From NCBI GenBank assembly GCA_964016885.1, contig OZ024741.1, positions 55,242,001-55,306,000 on the forward strand: a DNA stretch of 64,000 nucleotides. Direction: 5' to 3'. Shown piece by piece: positions 50,690 through 63,391 of the stretch. The position numbers were made by a program, and so were the translations under genes. Each line of letters starts with the position of its first letter. Position 1 is the first letter of the stretch. Origin of the DNA: Eledone cirrhosa. Taxonomy: Eukaryota. Under the pieces are notes generated by a model. It did not search any database. It was not told where the DNA came from and was given only the letters and a program-made list of their open reading frames with translations.

Positions 50690-52477
50690 ATTCCTCCAAG
50701 ATCACTGTGAAAATAATAACATCATCACAGATGAACAAGCAGGTGGAAAGAAAGGGGTTTGGAGATGTGCTGAACAACTCCTAATCATATAGGAATGGAG
50801 TTTGGCCAAGATAAATTCTCATACATGACTGTAAAGCGGGGAAAAACAACAACCCAATCTAGCAACATTGTCATCAATGGTCTAACTGTTATACCGATAT
50901 CTGATGAGGACTGCTACAGATACCTGGGGATAGATGAGAACATATCCTACAATGGTATCTGTAATAAAGAATACTACATCCGATTAAGAAAGATCTGGTC
51001 ATCGGAACTCTCTGAGCAAAACAAAGCAGTGGCTCACAATGTGTTTGCTGTGCCTGTCCTAACACCAACGTTTGGAATACTCAATTGGACGATAGACGAA
51101 ATCCGAGCAGTTGATGTTGGAACTCGAAAAATACTGAACAACACCGGAAACTTCCATATCAACAGTGACATAGACCGCCTTTACTTGAAACGTAAGCAGG
51201 GAGACAGAGGCCTAACATCAGTCCAGACAACATTTGAATGTCGCATCATATCTCTCCGACACCATCTACGAACCTCGAAGCGTAGGAGCCCGTTTCTCGA
51301 GCAAGTCTATCTGCATGAAACACATAAGATCATGAGAGTTGGGAAGGGACTCCTTGAGAGATATTCCCTGTGTGATAATCAAAAACTCACACCCAGGGAT
51401 GTCGCTCAGCAGTATCGCAGTGAATCCATGGATGAAAAACTACATGCCTATCAGCAAAAAAATATGCATGGATATGTTGCCAGGAAGCTCCAAAGTGAGA
51501 GTAATATAGATAAGGAAAGTAGTAATCTTGGACCAACAACCGCGATATTGGCTCCCACTTTGAAGGATACACTTTTGCAATCCAAGAACAGGAGATTAGC
51601 ACGAAATACCTGATTCACAACAGAGATAGGGATGCAGGCAAAACACCTAGATGTGATAACAAGTGCAGACTCTGCAGAACTAACATCGAGGATATCACCC
51701 ATGTCATCAGCAGCTGTCCAAAGATGTCATCGTGGTACTATCTACCTATGAGGCATGATGTAGTGGCCAAAACACTGTACAATGCAGTTCGTAAAAAAGA
51801 TAGCCCCGATGATAAACACATTAAAAGCTACAACAATGTGGAAGACATCCATGTACATAATATAAAAGAGTACTGGTGGAATGTTCCAGTAAAAACCCCA
51901 ATAAAATTCAGGCATAACAGACCAGATATTATGATATGGCACAGGGAGAAGAAAGCATGCACAGTAGTGGAAATTAGCTGCCCAGCAGATGCCAATATAA
52001 TATCAAAGATTAGCGAAAAGGAGAATATTTATGCAGAACTGATGAGAAATCTGCAGATACTCCACCCTGATTACACCTTCAGATTTATGCCTGTGATTAT
52101 TGGGGTACTGGAATATGTTAGTAACTGCCTAAATACAAATCTTGAGAAGCTAGGCTTCACAGGAACATAAAGAACACAACTAGTTAGGAAATTACTAGTA
52201 CAATCCATTAATGGAACAGTAAAAATATGTAAAACATTCCAAAAAGTTTGCATCTAATAACTGCATATACACATGTACAGATGCAAAGCATATACACATG
52301 CTCGCATACAACTCAAAACATCCACATCCACACATACATTAACATCCATATCTACACATGCATACATACATATTTACCTAGTTGATGTTGTGTAATTTTC
52401 AATGAGAGAGTCTCGTGTCTATGTTAGAAACCGACTCTCTCTCTATTGGCAAACATTTGTGAAATTATAAAACCAGA

Positions 52478-52480
<3 letters not shown>
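50690..52480 (+). mobile_element. Second R4-like RLE LINE (deleted RT plus RLE) in (TACA)n/(TA)n
   Basis: EQAGGKKGVW..EQLLI is joined directly to GMEFGQDK (catalytic core deleted); YRYLG, SDIDRLYL, CRLC..H..SSC..RHD, RPD..EISCP. Confidence 0.85.
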
Positions 52481-52555
<75 letters not shown>

Positions 52556-52620
52556 TTTTTTTGTTTTTTTTTGTGTGTGCGTGTGTATACACACATATAT
52601 AACATGTGTAGATTTATTTA

Positions 52621-53515
52621 TATAGCATTAAAGCCCGGCGTTGCTCGGGGTCATTAAGTTACCAAAGTTAGGTTGCAGCACTTTTTTGTCTGCCAGGCAC
52701 TGGGTGAATGAATTGCAGACCTGGAAGCATGAGCTGCGCCAGCAGTGACAATTGTAGTTTCGCCTATGGATATTATCTCTGTGCAAAAAAGTGTTGAAAT
52801 TTATTGTTTCACAGTACTTGCGCAACACGCGAGTAGACGATGCCAGCCGAACAACAGAGCTGCGATGGAGTTGTTCTGCATGGTTGTCTGTGTGTTTTCT
52901 AAATTTAAGATAGTAGGGAGGGTTGTGATATGAGGGAGAGTTAGCTGTTGTTTCTAGCAGGTTTAGTAACCTCATAGAGGATATGTGTTTTCTAAATTTA
53001 AGACAGTAGAGAGTGGTGTGATATGAGGGGGAGTTAGCTGCTGTTTCTAGCAGGTTTAGTGACCTCATAGAAGATATGTTTTCTAAATTTAAGACAGTAG
53101 GGAGTGGTGTGGGGAGGGGTATGATATGGGGGAGAGTTAGCTGGTGTTTCTGGCAGGTTTAGTAACCTCATAGAGGATATGTGTTTTCTAAATTTAAGAC
53201 AGTAGGGAGTGGTGTGAACGGACAGTATCACCATCAAGCTTAGAAAGAGAAAGTAGCAGAAAGTATGAAGTTGTATAGATTTTGAATGGTAGTAGAAAGA
53301 GTTCAGCAGTTTAAATGAAAGAGAAAAATCGTAAAATATTGAGTTTTATCTATTTTTTGCGTAATTGTGGGTGAAATTGAAAAAATTATCTGCGTCAAGA
53401 CGCAATCGAAACTATTTCGAATACTGAATTGTAAATTTCAATTGAAGAAATTCTATATCGTAGATTTCTATAACGAAGGAGCATGACCACACACTGAGCT
53501 TTATAGATTATGATA
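52621..53515 (+). mobile_element. Helentron/HINE-like non-autonomous element with an internal ~92-bp tandem repeat (about 3.5 units, 52890-53220)
   Basis: Start TAGC..AGCCCGGCGTTGCTCGGG hairpin, end TTTATAGATTATGAT; repeated tgtgttttctaaatttaagacagtag. Confidence 0.5.
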
Positions 53516-53892
53516 CACAAAAGTGTATATTGATGCGTAGGCTGGAAACAACCCACACGATCACACATAGACACACGCACACACACACATATAAATATAT
53601 ATATATATAAATATACATATATATATATATATATATACATATAAATATATATATATATATATAGGAAAAAGTATGACCCCGACGGCAGAGCTCAAGCCGT
53701 TTCGACGGCTATTTCTGGACTATATTTATATATATATATAAGAAAAAGTATGACCCGACGGCAGAGCTGTCAATGAGAATTAAGACTATTCCTGCTGACA
53801 ACATTAAATTATTCCCAACAAGGTCATATGTCCCAAGGCTCTGATACCATCAACACTATAAACACAGAGCTGGCATATCTAAGAACTGACTA

Positions 53893-53948
53893 ACTGCCTG
53901 ATGAGGTCATAGCCATTCAATGGCTATCATCGAAATATATATAGCAGT
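53893..53948 (+). ncRNA. Type I hammerhead ribozyme
   Basis: ACUGC-CUGAUGA-GGUcAUAGCCAU(UCA)AUGGCUAUcAUC-GAA-AUAUAUAU-A/GCAGU. Confidence 0.9.
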
Positions 53949-53989
53949 AAATAAAGGATTATGAGTTCATGCAATTGACTTATGTTTCG

Positions 53990-54035
<46 letters not shown>

Positions 54036-54105
54036 CGGAACAAGTAAACATTAAACAATCTTTTAAATAAATTAAAATACAATTTAAATATTTACCTCTT
54101 CTAGA

Positions 54106-54185
54106 GCCATGACCGACGGTTTCGCTTATCAAAAGATTGGAAATTCAGAGAATTTCCAATGGAAAGATATAGCTCTACAGATAAC
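54106..54185 (-). ncRNA. Hammerhead with variant core (CUGUAGA)
   Basis: GUUAU-CUGUAGA-GCU..UAUC..AUUGGAAAUUC(UCU)GAAUUUCCAAU..GAUA-AGC-GAA-ACCGUCGGU-C/AUGGC. Confidence 0.7.
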
Positions 54186-54523
54186 TTTTCCAAATCTACT
54201 AGACATAAGTCCGTATAGATGTAGATATATCACCCTCTGCTCAGTGAATAAATCAAGCCGTTAAAATGACCCACACACTTATTGGACAGTTAGAAAAAGC
54301 GGGAATTATAGACTCGCTGATATTTCATGCTGCTAGAAATAGCAGCATGATACAGCATTTTTTTTTTTACATTAAGGAGAATTAGATAAATGATATAGAT
54401 ATCCCAGTAGGTACCAGGTACCCACGGAAATATATATGGTGTATATAATAGTGGTTGTTGTATGGTACTAATTTGAGATAACAGAAATGTAAATATGAGC
54501 CGAACATATATATATATAGTATA

Positions 54524-54611
<88 letters not shown>

Positions 54612-54688
54612 AAATCATCATCACCGTTTTACGTCCGTTCTTCCAAGCTAGCATGGGAGAGAGAGAGAGTATATTATATATATATACA

Positions 54689-54747
<59 letters not shown>

Positions 54748-55196
54748 TGTGTTCACTTGACGTACCACCAATCTCCACTAATCTCTAATCCCCTATATTC
54801 GTCCCGTCACTGTTATTTCTCTACCCAGTCAGTAGTCCTTCCCCACCTTCTTATAACTTCTATATAACACCACTCACCTCTATTATATAGATAAATATTT
54901 ACATTTACTCCCCCCTACACTTTTGTCCATCAATCTTACTGAAACTTCCACCCCCTCTATATCTCTTTCGCACACCTTCTTTCTCCTCACTCTCTCTGTC
55001 TCCTTCTCCTCTCTCCCTCACACTCACTCCTTTTCTCTCTTTAGTCAGCTTATATATCTAATTGTTAATCACTCTCCACAGAAAAGAACTGTGAGGAGGA
55101 GTAGGCTTAAGAGGGGGAGTAGACGGAGGAGTGGGTGGAGAAGGAGGGGGTAAAAGGGGGAGAGGAAGGGAAGGAGGACAGACGGCAGAGAAAGAT

Positions 55197-58100
55197 TTGT
55201 TGGTAGTGTTGTTGGTGGTGGTGGTGTTGTTTTTGGTGGTGTTGTAGGTGGTGGTGTTGTTGTTGGGGGTGTTGTTGGTGGTGGTGTTGTTGGTGGTGTT
55301 GTTGTTGTTGGTGGTGTTGTTGGTCGTGTTTTTGTTGTTGATGGTGTTGTTGGTGGTGGTGTTGTTGGTGGTGCTGTTGTTGGTGGTGGTGGTGTTGTTG
55401 GTGGTTTTGTTGTTGGTGGTGGTGTTGTTGGTGGTGGTGGTGTTGTTGGTGGTGTTGTTGTTGTTGGTGGTGTTGTTGGTCGTGTTTTTGTGGTGATGGT
55501 GTTGTTGGTGGTGGTGTTGTTGGTGGTGCTGTTGTTGGTGGTGGTGGTGTTGTTGTTGGTGGTGGTGGTGTTGTTGTTGGTGGTGGTGGTGTTGTTTTTG
55601 GGGGTGTTTTTGTTGGTGGTATTGTTGTTGGTGGTGGTGGTGTTGTTGGTGGTGTTGTTATTGTTGGTGTTGTTGTTGTTGGTGGTGGTGTTGTTAGTGG
55701 TGGTGTTGTTGCTGGTGCTGTTCTTGTAGGTGGTGGTGGTGTTGGTGATGGTGGGGTTGGTGGTGGTATTGTTGTTGTTGGTGGTGTTGTTGTTAGTGGT
55801 GTTGTTGTTGTTGGTGTTGTTGTTGTTGGTGGTGGTGTTGTTAGTGGTGGTGTTGTTGCTGGTGCTGTTCTTGTAGGTGGTGGTGGTGTTGGTGATGGTG
55901 GGGTTGGTGGTGGTATTGTTGTTGGTGGTGGTGTTGTTGGTGTTGTTGTTGTTGTTGGTGGTGTTGTTGTTCGTGGTGGTGTTGTTGGTGGTGGTGTTGT
56001 TGTTTGTGGTGGTGTTGTTGGTGGTTTTGTTGTTGGTGGTGGTGTTGTTGGTGGTGGTGGTGTTGGTGGTGGTGTTGTTGTTGGTGGTGGTGTTGTTGGT
56101 GGTGTTGTTGTTGTTGGTGGTGGTGTTGTTGGTGGTGTAGTTGTTGTTGGTGGTGGTGTTGTTGGTGGTGGTGTTGTTGGTGGTGTAGTTGTTGGTGGTG
56201 TAGTTGTTGGTGGTTGTGTTGTTGGTGGTGGTGTTGTTGGTGGTGTTGTTGTTGGTGGTGGTGTTGTTGTTGTTGGTGGTGTTGTTGTTGGTGGCAGTGT
56301 TGTTGTTGGTGCTGGTGTTGTTGGTGGCGGTGTTGTTGGTGGTAGTGTTGTTATTGGTGGCGTTGTTGTTGTTGGTGGTGTTGTTGTTGTTGGTGGTGTT
56401 GTTGTTGTTGGTGGTGTTGTTTTTGGTGGTGGTGTTGTTGTTGGTGGTGGTGTTGTTGGTGGTGTTGTTGTTGGTGGTAGTGTTGTTGTTGGTGGTGTTG
56501 TTGGTGGTGTAGTTGTTGGTGGTGTAGTTGTTGGTGGTTGTGTTGTTGGTGGTGGTGTTGTTGGTGGTGTTGTTGTTGGTGGTGGTGTTGTTGTTGGTGG
56601 CAGTGTTGTTGTTGGTGGTGGTGTTGTTGTTGGTGGTGTTGTTTTTGGTGGTGGTGTTGTTGTTGGTGGTGGTGTTGTTGGTGGTGTTGTTGTTGGTGGT
56701 GTTGTTGTTGGTGGCAGTGTTGTTGTTGGTGGTGGTGTTGTTGTTGGTGGTGTTGTTGTGGGTGGTGTTGTTGTTGGTGTTTTTGTTGGTGGTGGTAGTG
56801 TTGTTGGTGATGGTGTTGTTGGTGTTGGTGGTGTTGTTGGTGGTGTTTGTCTTGGTGGTGGTGGTGTTGTTGTTGGTGTTGTTGTTGGTGGTGTTGTTGA
56901 TGTTGGTGTTGTGGTTGGTGGTGTTGGTGTTGTTGTTGTTGTTGGTGGTGGTTTTGTTGTTGGTTGTGTTGTTGGTGGTGGTGTTGTTGGAGGTGGTAGT
57001 GTTGTTGGCGGTGGTGTTGTTGGTGTTGTTGTTGTTGGTGGTGTTGGTGTTGGTGGTGTTGTTGTTGTTGGTGGTTTTTGTTGGTGGTGTTTTTGTTGTT
57101 GGTGGTAGTGTTGTTGGTGATGGTGTTGTTGATGGTGGTGTTGTTGTTGGTGGTGTTGTTGTTGGTGGTGTTGTTGGTGGTGTTGTTGTTGGTGTTGTTG
57201 TTGGTGGTGGTGTTGTTGGTGGTGGTGTTGTTGGTGGTGTTGTTGTTGGTGGTGTTGTTGTTGGTAGTGTTGTTGTTGGTGGTGTTTTTATTGTTGGTGG
57301 TAGTGTTGTTGGTGTTGGTGGTGTTGTTGGTGTTTGTGTTGTTGTTGGTGGTGTTGGTGTTGTTGTTGTTGTTGGTGGTGGTGTTGTTGTTGATGGTAGT
57401 GTTGTTGTTGGTGGTGTTGTTGATGGTGTTTTTGCTGTTGGTGGTGTTTTTGTTGGTGGTGGTGTTGTTGTTGTTCGTGTTGTTGTTGTTGGTGGTGTTG
57501 TTGTTGATGTTGGTGGTGTTGTTGTTGTTGGCGGTGGCGTTGTTGGTGTTGTTGTTGTTGGAGGTGTGGTTGTTGGTGGTGGTGTTGTTGTTGGTGGTAT
57601 TGTTGGTGGTGGTGTTGTTGTTGGTGGTGGTGGTGTTGGTGGTGTTTTTGTTGTTGGTGGTGGTGTTGTTGTTGGTGGTGGTGTTGTTGGTGGTGGTGTT
57701 GTTAGTGGTGGTGTTGTTGGTGGTGGTGGTGGTGGTGTTGGTGGTGTTTTTGTAGTTGGTGGTGGTGTTGTTGTTGGTGGTGGTGTTGTTGGTGGTGGTG
57801 TTGTTGTTGGTGGTGGTGGTGGTGTTGGTGGTGTTTTTGTTGTTGGTGGTGGTGTTTTTGTTGGTGGTGGTGTTGTTGTTGTTGGTGTTGTTGTTGTTGG
57901 TGGTGTTGTTGATGTTGGTGTTGTTGTTGGTGGTGTTGGTGTTGGTGTTGTTGTTGTTGGTGTTGGTGTTGTTGGTGGTGTTGTTGTTGGTGGTGGTGTT
58001 TTTGTTGTTGGTGTTGTTGTTGGTGGTGTTGTTGATGTTGATGTTGTTGGTGGTGTTGGTGTTGGTGTTGTTGTTGGTGGTGTTGTTGGTGGTGTAGTTG

Positions 58101-61100
58101 TTAGTGGTGATGTTGATGTTGTTGTTGGTGGTGTTGGTGTTGGTGTTGTTGTTAGTGGAGTTGTTGATGTTGATGTTGTTGGTGGTGTTGGTGTTGGTGT
58201 TGTTGTTGGTGGTGTTCTTGGTTGTGTAGTTGTTAGTGGTGATGTTGATGTTGTTGTTGGTGGTGTTGTTGTTGGTGTTGTTGTTGGTGGTGTAGTTGTT
58301 AGTGTTGATGTTGATGTTGTTGTTGGTGGTGTTGGTGTTGGTGTTGTTGTTGGCGGTGTTTTTGTTGTTGGTGGTAGTGTTGTTGGTGGTGGTGTTGTTG
58401 GTGTTGGTGTTGTTGTTGGTGGTGTTGTTGTTGGTGGTGTTGTTGTTGGTGGTGTTGGTGTTGTTGTTGTTGGTGTTTTTGTTGGTGGTGGTGTTGTTGT
58501 TGGTGGTGTTGTTGGTGGTGGTGTTGTTGTTGTTGGTGTTGTTGTTTGGTGGTGGTAGTGTTGTTGTTGGTGGTGCTGTTGTAGGTGGTGGTGTTGTTGT
58601 TGGTGGTAATGTTGTTGGTGTTGTTGTTGCTGGTGGTGTTGTTGTTGGTGGTGTTGTTGTTGTTGGTGGTGGTGTTGTTGGTGGTGGTGTTGTTGGGTTG
58701 TTGGTGGTGGTGGTGTTGTTGTTGTTGGTGGTGGTGTTGTTGTTGGTGGTGTTGTTGGTGTTGGTGTTGTTGTTGGTGGTGTTGGTGTTGTTGTTGTTGG
58801 TGTTGTTGGAAGTGATGTTGTTGGTGGTGTTTTTGTTGGTGGTGGTGCTTTTGGTGGTGGTGTTGTTGGTGGTGGTGTTGTTGTTGGTGGTCGTGTTGTT
58901 GGTGGTGTTGTTGTTGGTGGTGTTGTTGTTGGTGGTGGTGTTGTTGGTGGCGGTGTTGTTGGTGTTGGTATTGTTGTTGGTTGTGTTGGTGTTGTTGGTG
59001 TTGTTGGAAGTGTTGTTGTTGGTGGTGTTTTTGTTGGTGGTGGTGTTGTTGTTGGTGGTGGTGTTGTTGGTGGTGGTGTTGTTGGTGGTGGTGTTGTTGG
59101 TGGTGGTGTTGTTGATGGTGGTGTTGGTGGTGGTGGTGTTGTTGGTGGTGGTGTTGTTGGTGGTTGTGTTGTTGTTGGTGGTGGTGGTGGTGTTGGTGGT
59201 GTTTTTGTTGTTGGTGGTGGTGTTTTTGTTGGTGGTGGTGTTGTTGTTGTTGGTGTTGTTGTTGTTGGTGGTGTTGTTGATGTTGGTGTTGTTGTTGGTG
59301 GTGTTGGTGTTGGTGTTGTTGTTGTTGGTGTTGGTGTTGTTGGTGGTGTTGTTGTTGCTGGTGGTGTTGTTGTTGGTGGTGGTGTTTTTGTTGTTGGTGT
59401 TGTTGTTGCTGGTGGTGTTGTTGTTGGTGGTGGTGTTTTTGTTGTTGGTGTTGTTGTTGGCGGTGTTGTTGATGTTGATGTTGTTGGTGGTGTTGGTGTT
59501 GTTGTTGGTGGTGTTGTTGGTGGTGTAGTTGTTAGTGGTGATGTTGATGTTGTTGTTGGTGGTGTTGGTGTTGGTGTTGTTGTTGGTGGTGTTGTTGATG
59601 TTGATGTTGTTGGTGGTGTTGGTGTTGGTGTTGTTGTTGGTGGTGTTGTTGGTGGTGGAGTTGTTAGTGGTGATGTTGATGTTGTTGTTGGTGGTGTTGT
59701 TGTTGGTGTTGTTGTTGGTGGTGTAGTTGTTAGTGTTGATGTTGATGTTGTTGTTGGTGGTGTTGGTGTTGGTGTTGTTGTTGGCGGTGTTTTTGTTGTT
59801 GGTGGTAGTGTTGTTGGTGGTGGTGTTGTTGGTGTTGGTGTTGTTGTTGGTGGTGTTGTTGGTGGTGGTGTTGTTGTTGGTGGTGTTGGTGTTGTTGTTG
59901 TTGGTGTTGTTGTTGGTGGTGGTGTTGTTGTTGGTGGTGTTGTTGGTGGTGGTGTTGTTGTTGTTGGTGTTGTTGTTTGGTGGTGGTAGTGTTGTTGTTG
60001 GTGGTGCTGTTGTTGGTGTTGTTGTTGCTGGTGGTGTTGTTGTTGGTGGTGTTGTTGTTGTTGGTGGTGGTGTTGTTGGTGGTGGTGTTGTTGGGTTGTT
60101 GGTGGTGGTGGTGTTGTTGTTGGTGGTGGTGGTGTTGTTGTTGGTGGTGTTGTTGGTGTTGGTGTTGTTGTTGGTGGTGTTGGTGTTGTTGTTGTTGGTG
60201 TTGTTGGAAGTGATGTTGTTGGTGGTGTTTTTGTTGGTGGTGGTGCTTTTGGTGGTGGTGTTGTTGGTGGTGGTGTTGTTGTTGGTGGTCGTGTTTTTGG
60301 TGGTGTTGTTGTTGGTGGTGTTGTTGTTGGTGGTGGTGTTGTTGGTGGCGGTGTTGTTGGTGTTGGTATTGTTGTTGGTTGTGTTGGTGTTGTTGGTGTT
60401 GTTGGAAGTGTTGTTGTTGGTGGTGTTTTTGTTGGTGGTGGTGTTGTTGGTGGTGGTGTTGTTGGTGTTATTGGTGGTGGTGTTGTTGGTGGTGTTGTTG
60501 TTGTTGGTGGTGTTGTTGGTGGTGGTGTTTTTGGTGGTGGTGTTGTTGTTGATGGTGTTGTTGTTGGTGGTGTTTTTGGTGGTGGTGTTGTTGGTGGTGT
60601 TGTTGTTGGAAGTGTTGATAGTGGTGTTATTGGTGGTGGTTTTGTTGTTGGTGGTGTTGTTGGTGGTGGTATTGTTGTTGGTGGTGTTGTTGGTGTTGTT
60701 ATTGTTAGTTGTGTTGTTGTTGTTGGTGGTGTTGTTGGAGGTGGTGTTGTTGGTGTTGTTGTTGTTGGTGGTGGTGTTGTTGGTGTTGTTGTTGTTGGTG
60801 GTGGTCTTGTTGGAGGAGGTGTTGTTGGTGGTGTTGGTGGTGGTGTTGTTGTTGGTGGTGTTGTTGATGTTGGTGTTGTTGGTGGTGTTTGTGTTCGTGT
60901 TGTTGTTGGTGGTGTTATTGTTGGTGGTGTTGTTGGTGGTGTTTTTGTTGTTGGTGGTAGTGTTGTTCGTGGTGGTGTTGTTAGTGTTGGTGTTGTTGTT
61001 GGTGGTGTTGTTGGTGGTGGTGTTGTTGGTGGTGGTGTTGTTGTTGGTGGTGTTGGTGTTGTTGTTGTTTGTGCTGTTGTTGGAGGTGTTGTTGCTGGTG

Positions 61101-62641
61101 TTTTATTGTTGGTGGTAGTGTTGTTGGGGGTGGTGTTGTTGGTGGTGTTGGTGTTGTTGTCGTTGGTGGTGGTGTTGTTGTTGGTGGTGGTGTTGTTGGT
61201 GGTGGTGTTGTTGATGGTGGTGTTGTTGGTGGTGTTGTTGGGGGTGCTGTTGTTGGTGGTGTTGGTGTTTTTGTTGTTGGTGGTGGTGTTGTTGTTGGTG
61301 GTGGTGTTGTTGGTGGTGGTGTTGTTGGTGGTGTTGTTGTTGGTGGTGTTGGTGGTGTTGGTGGTGGGTTTTTTTTTGGTGGTAGTGTTGTTGTTGGTGG
61401 TCTTGTTGGTGTTGGTGGTGTTGTTGGTGTAGGTGTTGTTGGTGGTGTTGTTGGGGGTGCTGTTGTTGGTGTTGTTGGAAGTGTTGTTGTTGGAGGTGTT
61501 GTTGTTGTTGGTGGTGGTATTGTTGGTGTTGTTGTTGCTGGTAGTGATGTTGTTGGTGGTGGTGTTGTTGTTGGCGGTGGTGTTGTTGGTGGTGGTGTTG
61601 TTGGGTCGTTGGTGGTGGTGGTGGTGTTGTTGGTGTTTTTGTTGTTGGTGCTAGTGTTGTTGTTGGTGGTGGTGTTGTTGGTGGTGGTGCTGTTGGTGGT
61701 GTTGTTGTTGTTGGTGGTGTTGTTGGTGGTGGTATTGTTGGTGGTGGTGTTTTTGGTGGTGGTGTTGTTGGTGGTGGTGTTGTTGTTGGTGGTGTTGTTG
61801 GTGTTGGTGTTGTTGGTGGTGGTGTTGTTGGTGGTGTTGTTGTTGTTGGTGGTGTTGTTGATGGTGGTGTCGCTGGTGGTGGTGTTGTTGGTGGTGGTGT
61901 TGTTGGTGGTGGTGTTGTTGGTGGTGTTGTTGTTGTTGGTGGTGTTGTTGGTGTTGTTGGTGGTGTTGTTGTTGGAAGTGTTGATAGTGGTGTTGCTTTT
62001 GGTGGTGTTGGTGTTGTTGGTGGTGGTGTTGTTGGTGGTGGTGTTGTTGGTGTTGTTGGTGTTGGTGGTGTTGTTGTTGGTGGTGGTGTTGTTGGTGGTG
62101 GTGCTGTTCGTGGTGGTGTTGTTGGTGTTGTTCCTGATGGTGTTGATGTTGTTGGTGGTGGTGTTGTTGGTGGCGGTGTTGTTGGTGGTGGTGTTGTTGG
62201 TGGTGGTGTTGTTGGTAGTGTTGTTGTTGTTGATGGTGGTGTTGTTGGTGGTGTTGTTGTTGTTGTTGGTGCTGTTGCTGTTGGTGGTGTTGTTGTTGGT
62301 GGTGGTGTTTTGTTGGTGATGGTGTTGTTGTTGGTGGTGTTGTTGGTGGTGGTGGTGTTGGTGGTGGTGGTGGTGGTGTTGGTGGTGTTTTTGTTGTTGG
62401 TTGTAGGATTGTTGTTGGTTGTGTTGGTGTTGTTGTTGTTGGTGTTGTTGGAAGTTTTGTTGTTGGTGGTGTTTTTGTTGTGGTGGTGTTGTTGGTGGTT
62501 ATGTTGTTGTTGGTGGTGTTGTTGGTGGTGGTGTTGTTGGTGTTGTTGTTGTTGGTGGTGGTGTTGTTGGTTGTGTTGTTGTTGTTGGTGGTGGTGTTGG
62601 TGGTGGTGTTGTTGTTGGTGTTGTTGTTGGTGGTGGTGGTG

Positions 62642-62672
<31 letters not shown>

Positions 62673-63359
62673 GGTTGGTGGTGTTGTTGTTGTTGGTGGT
62701 GTTGTTGTTGGTTGTGGTGTTGTTGTTGTTGGTGTTGTTGTTGGTGGTGGTGTTGATGTTGGTGTTGTTGTTGGTGGTGTTGGTGTTGGTGGTGTTGTTG
62801 GTGGTGTTGTTGTTGTTGGTGGTGTTGTTGGTGGTCGTGTTGTTGTTGGGGGTGTTGGTGTTGTTGTTGTTGCTGTTGTTGGTGGTGGTGGTGTTGTTGG
62901 TGGTGGTGTTGTTGGTGGTGGTGTTGTTGGTAGTGTTGTTGTTGTTGGTGGTGGAGTTGTTGGTGGTGTTGTTGTTGTTGGTGGTGCTGCTGCTGTTGGT
63001 GGTGTTGTTGTTGGTGGTGGTGTTTTGTTGGTGATGGTGTTGTTGTTGGTGGTGTTGTTGGTGGTGGTGGTGTTGTTGGTGGTGGAGGTGTTGGTGGTGT
63101 TTTTGTTGTTGGTTGTAGTGTTGTTGTTGGTTGTGTTGGTGTTGTTGTTGTTGGTGTTGTTGGAAGTGTTGTTGTTGGTGGTGTTTTTGTTGTGGTGGTG
63201 TTGTTGGTGGTTATGTTGTTGTTGGTGGTGTTGTTGGTGGTGGTGTTGTTGGTGATGTTGTTGTTGGTGGTGGTGTTGTTGGTGGTGTTGTTGTTGTTGT
63301 TGGTGGTGTTGTTGGTGGTGGTGTTGTTCTTGGTGTTGTTGTTGGTGGTGGTGGTGGTG

Positions 63360-63391
<32 letters not shown>

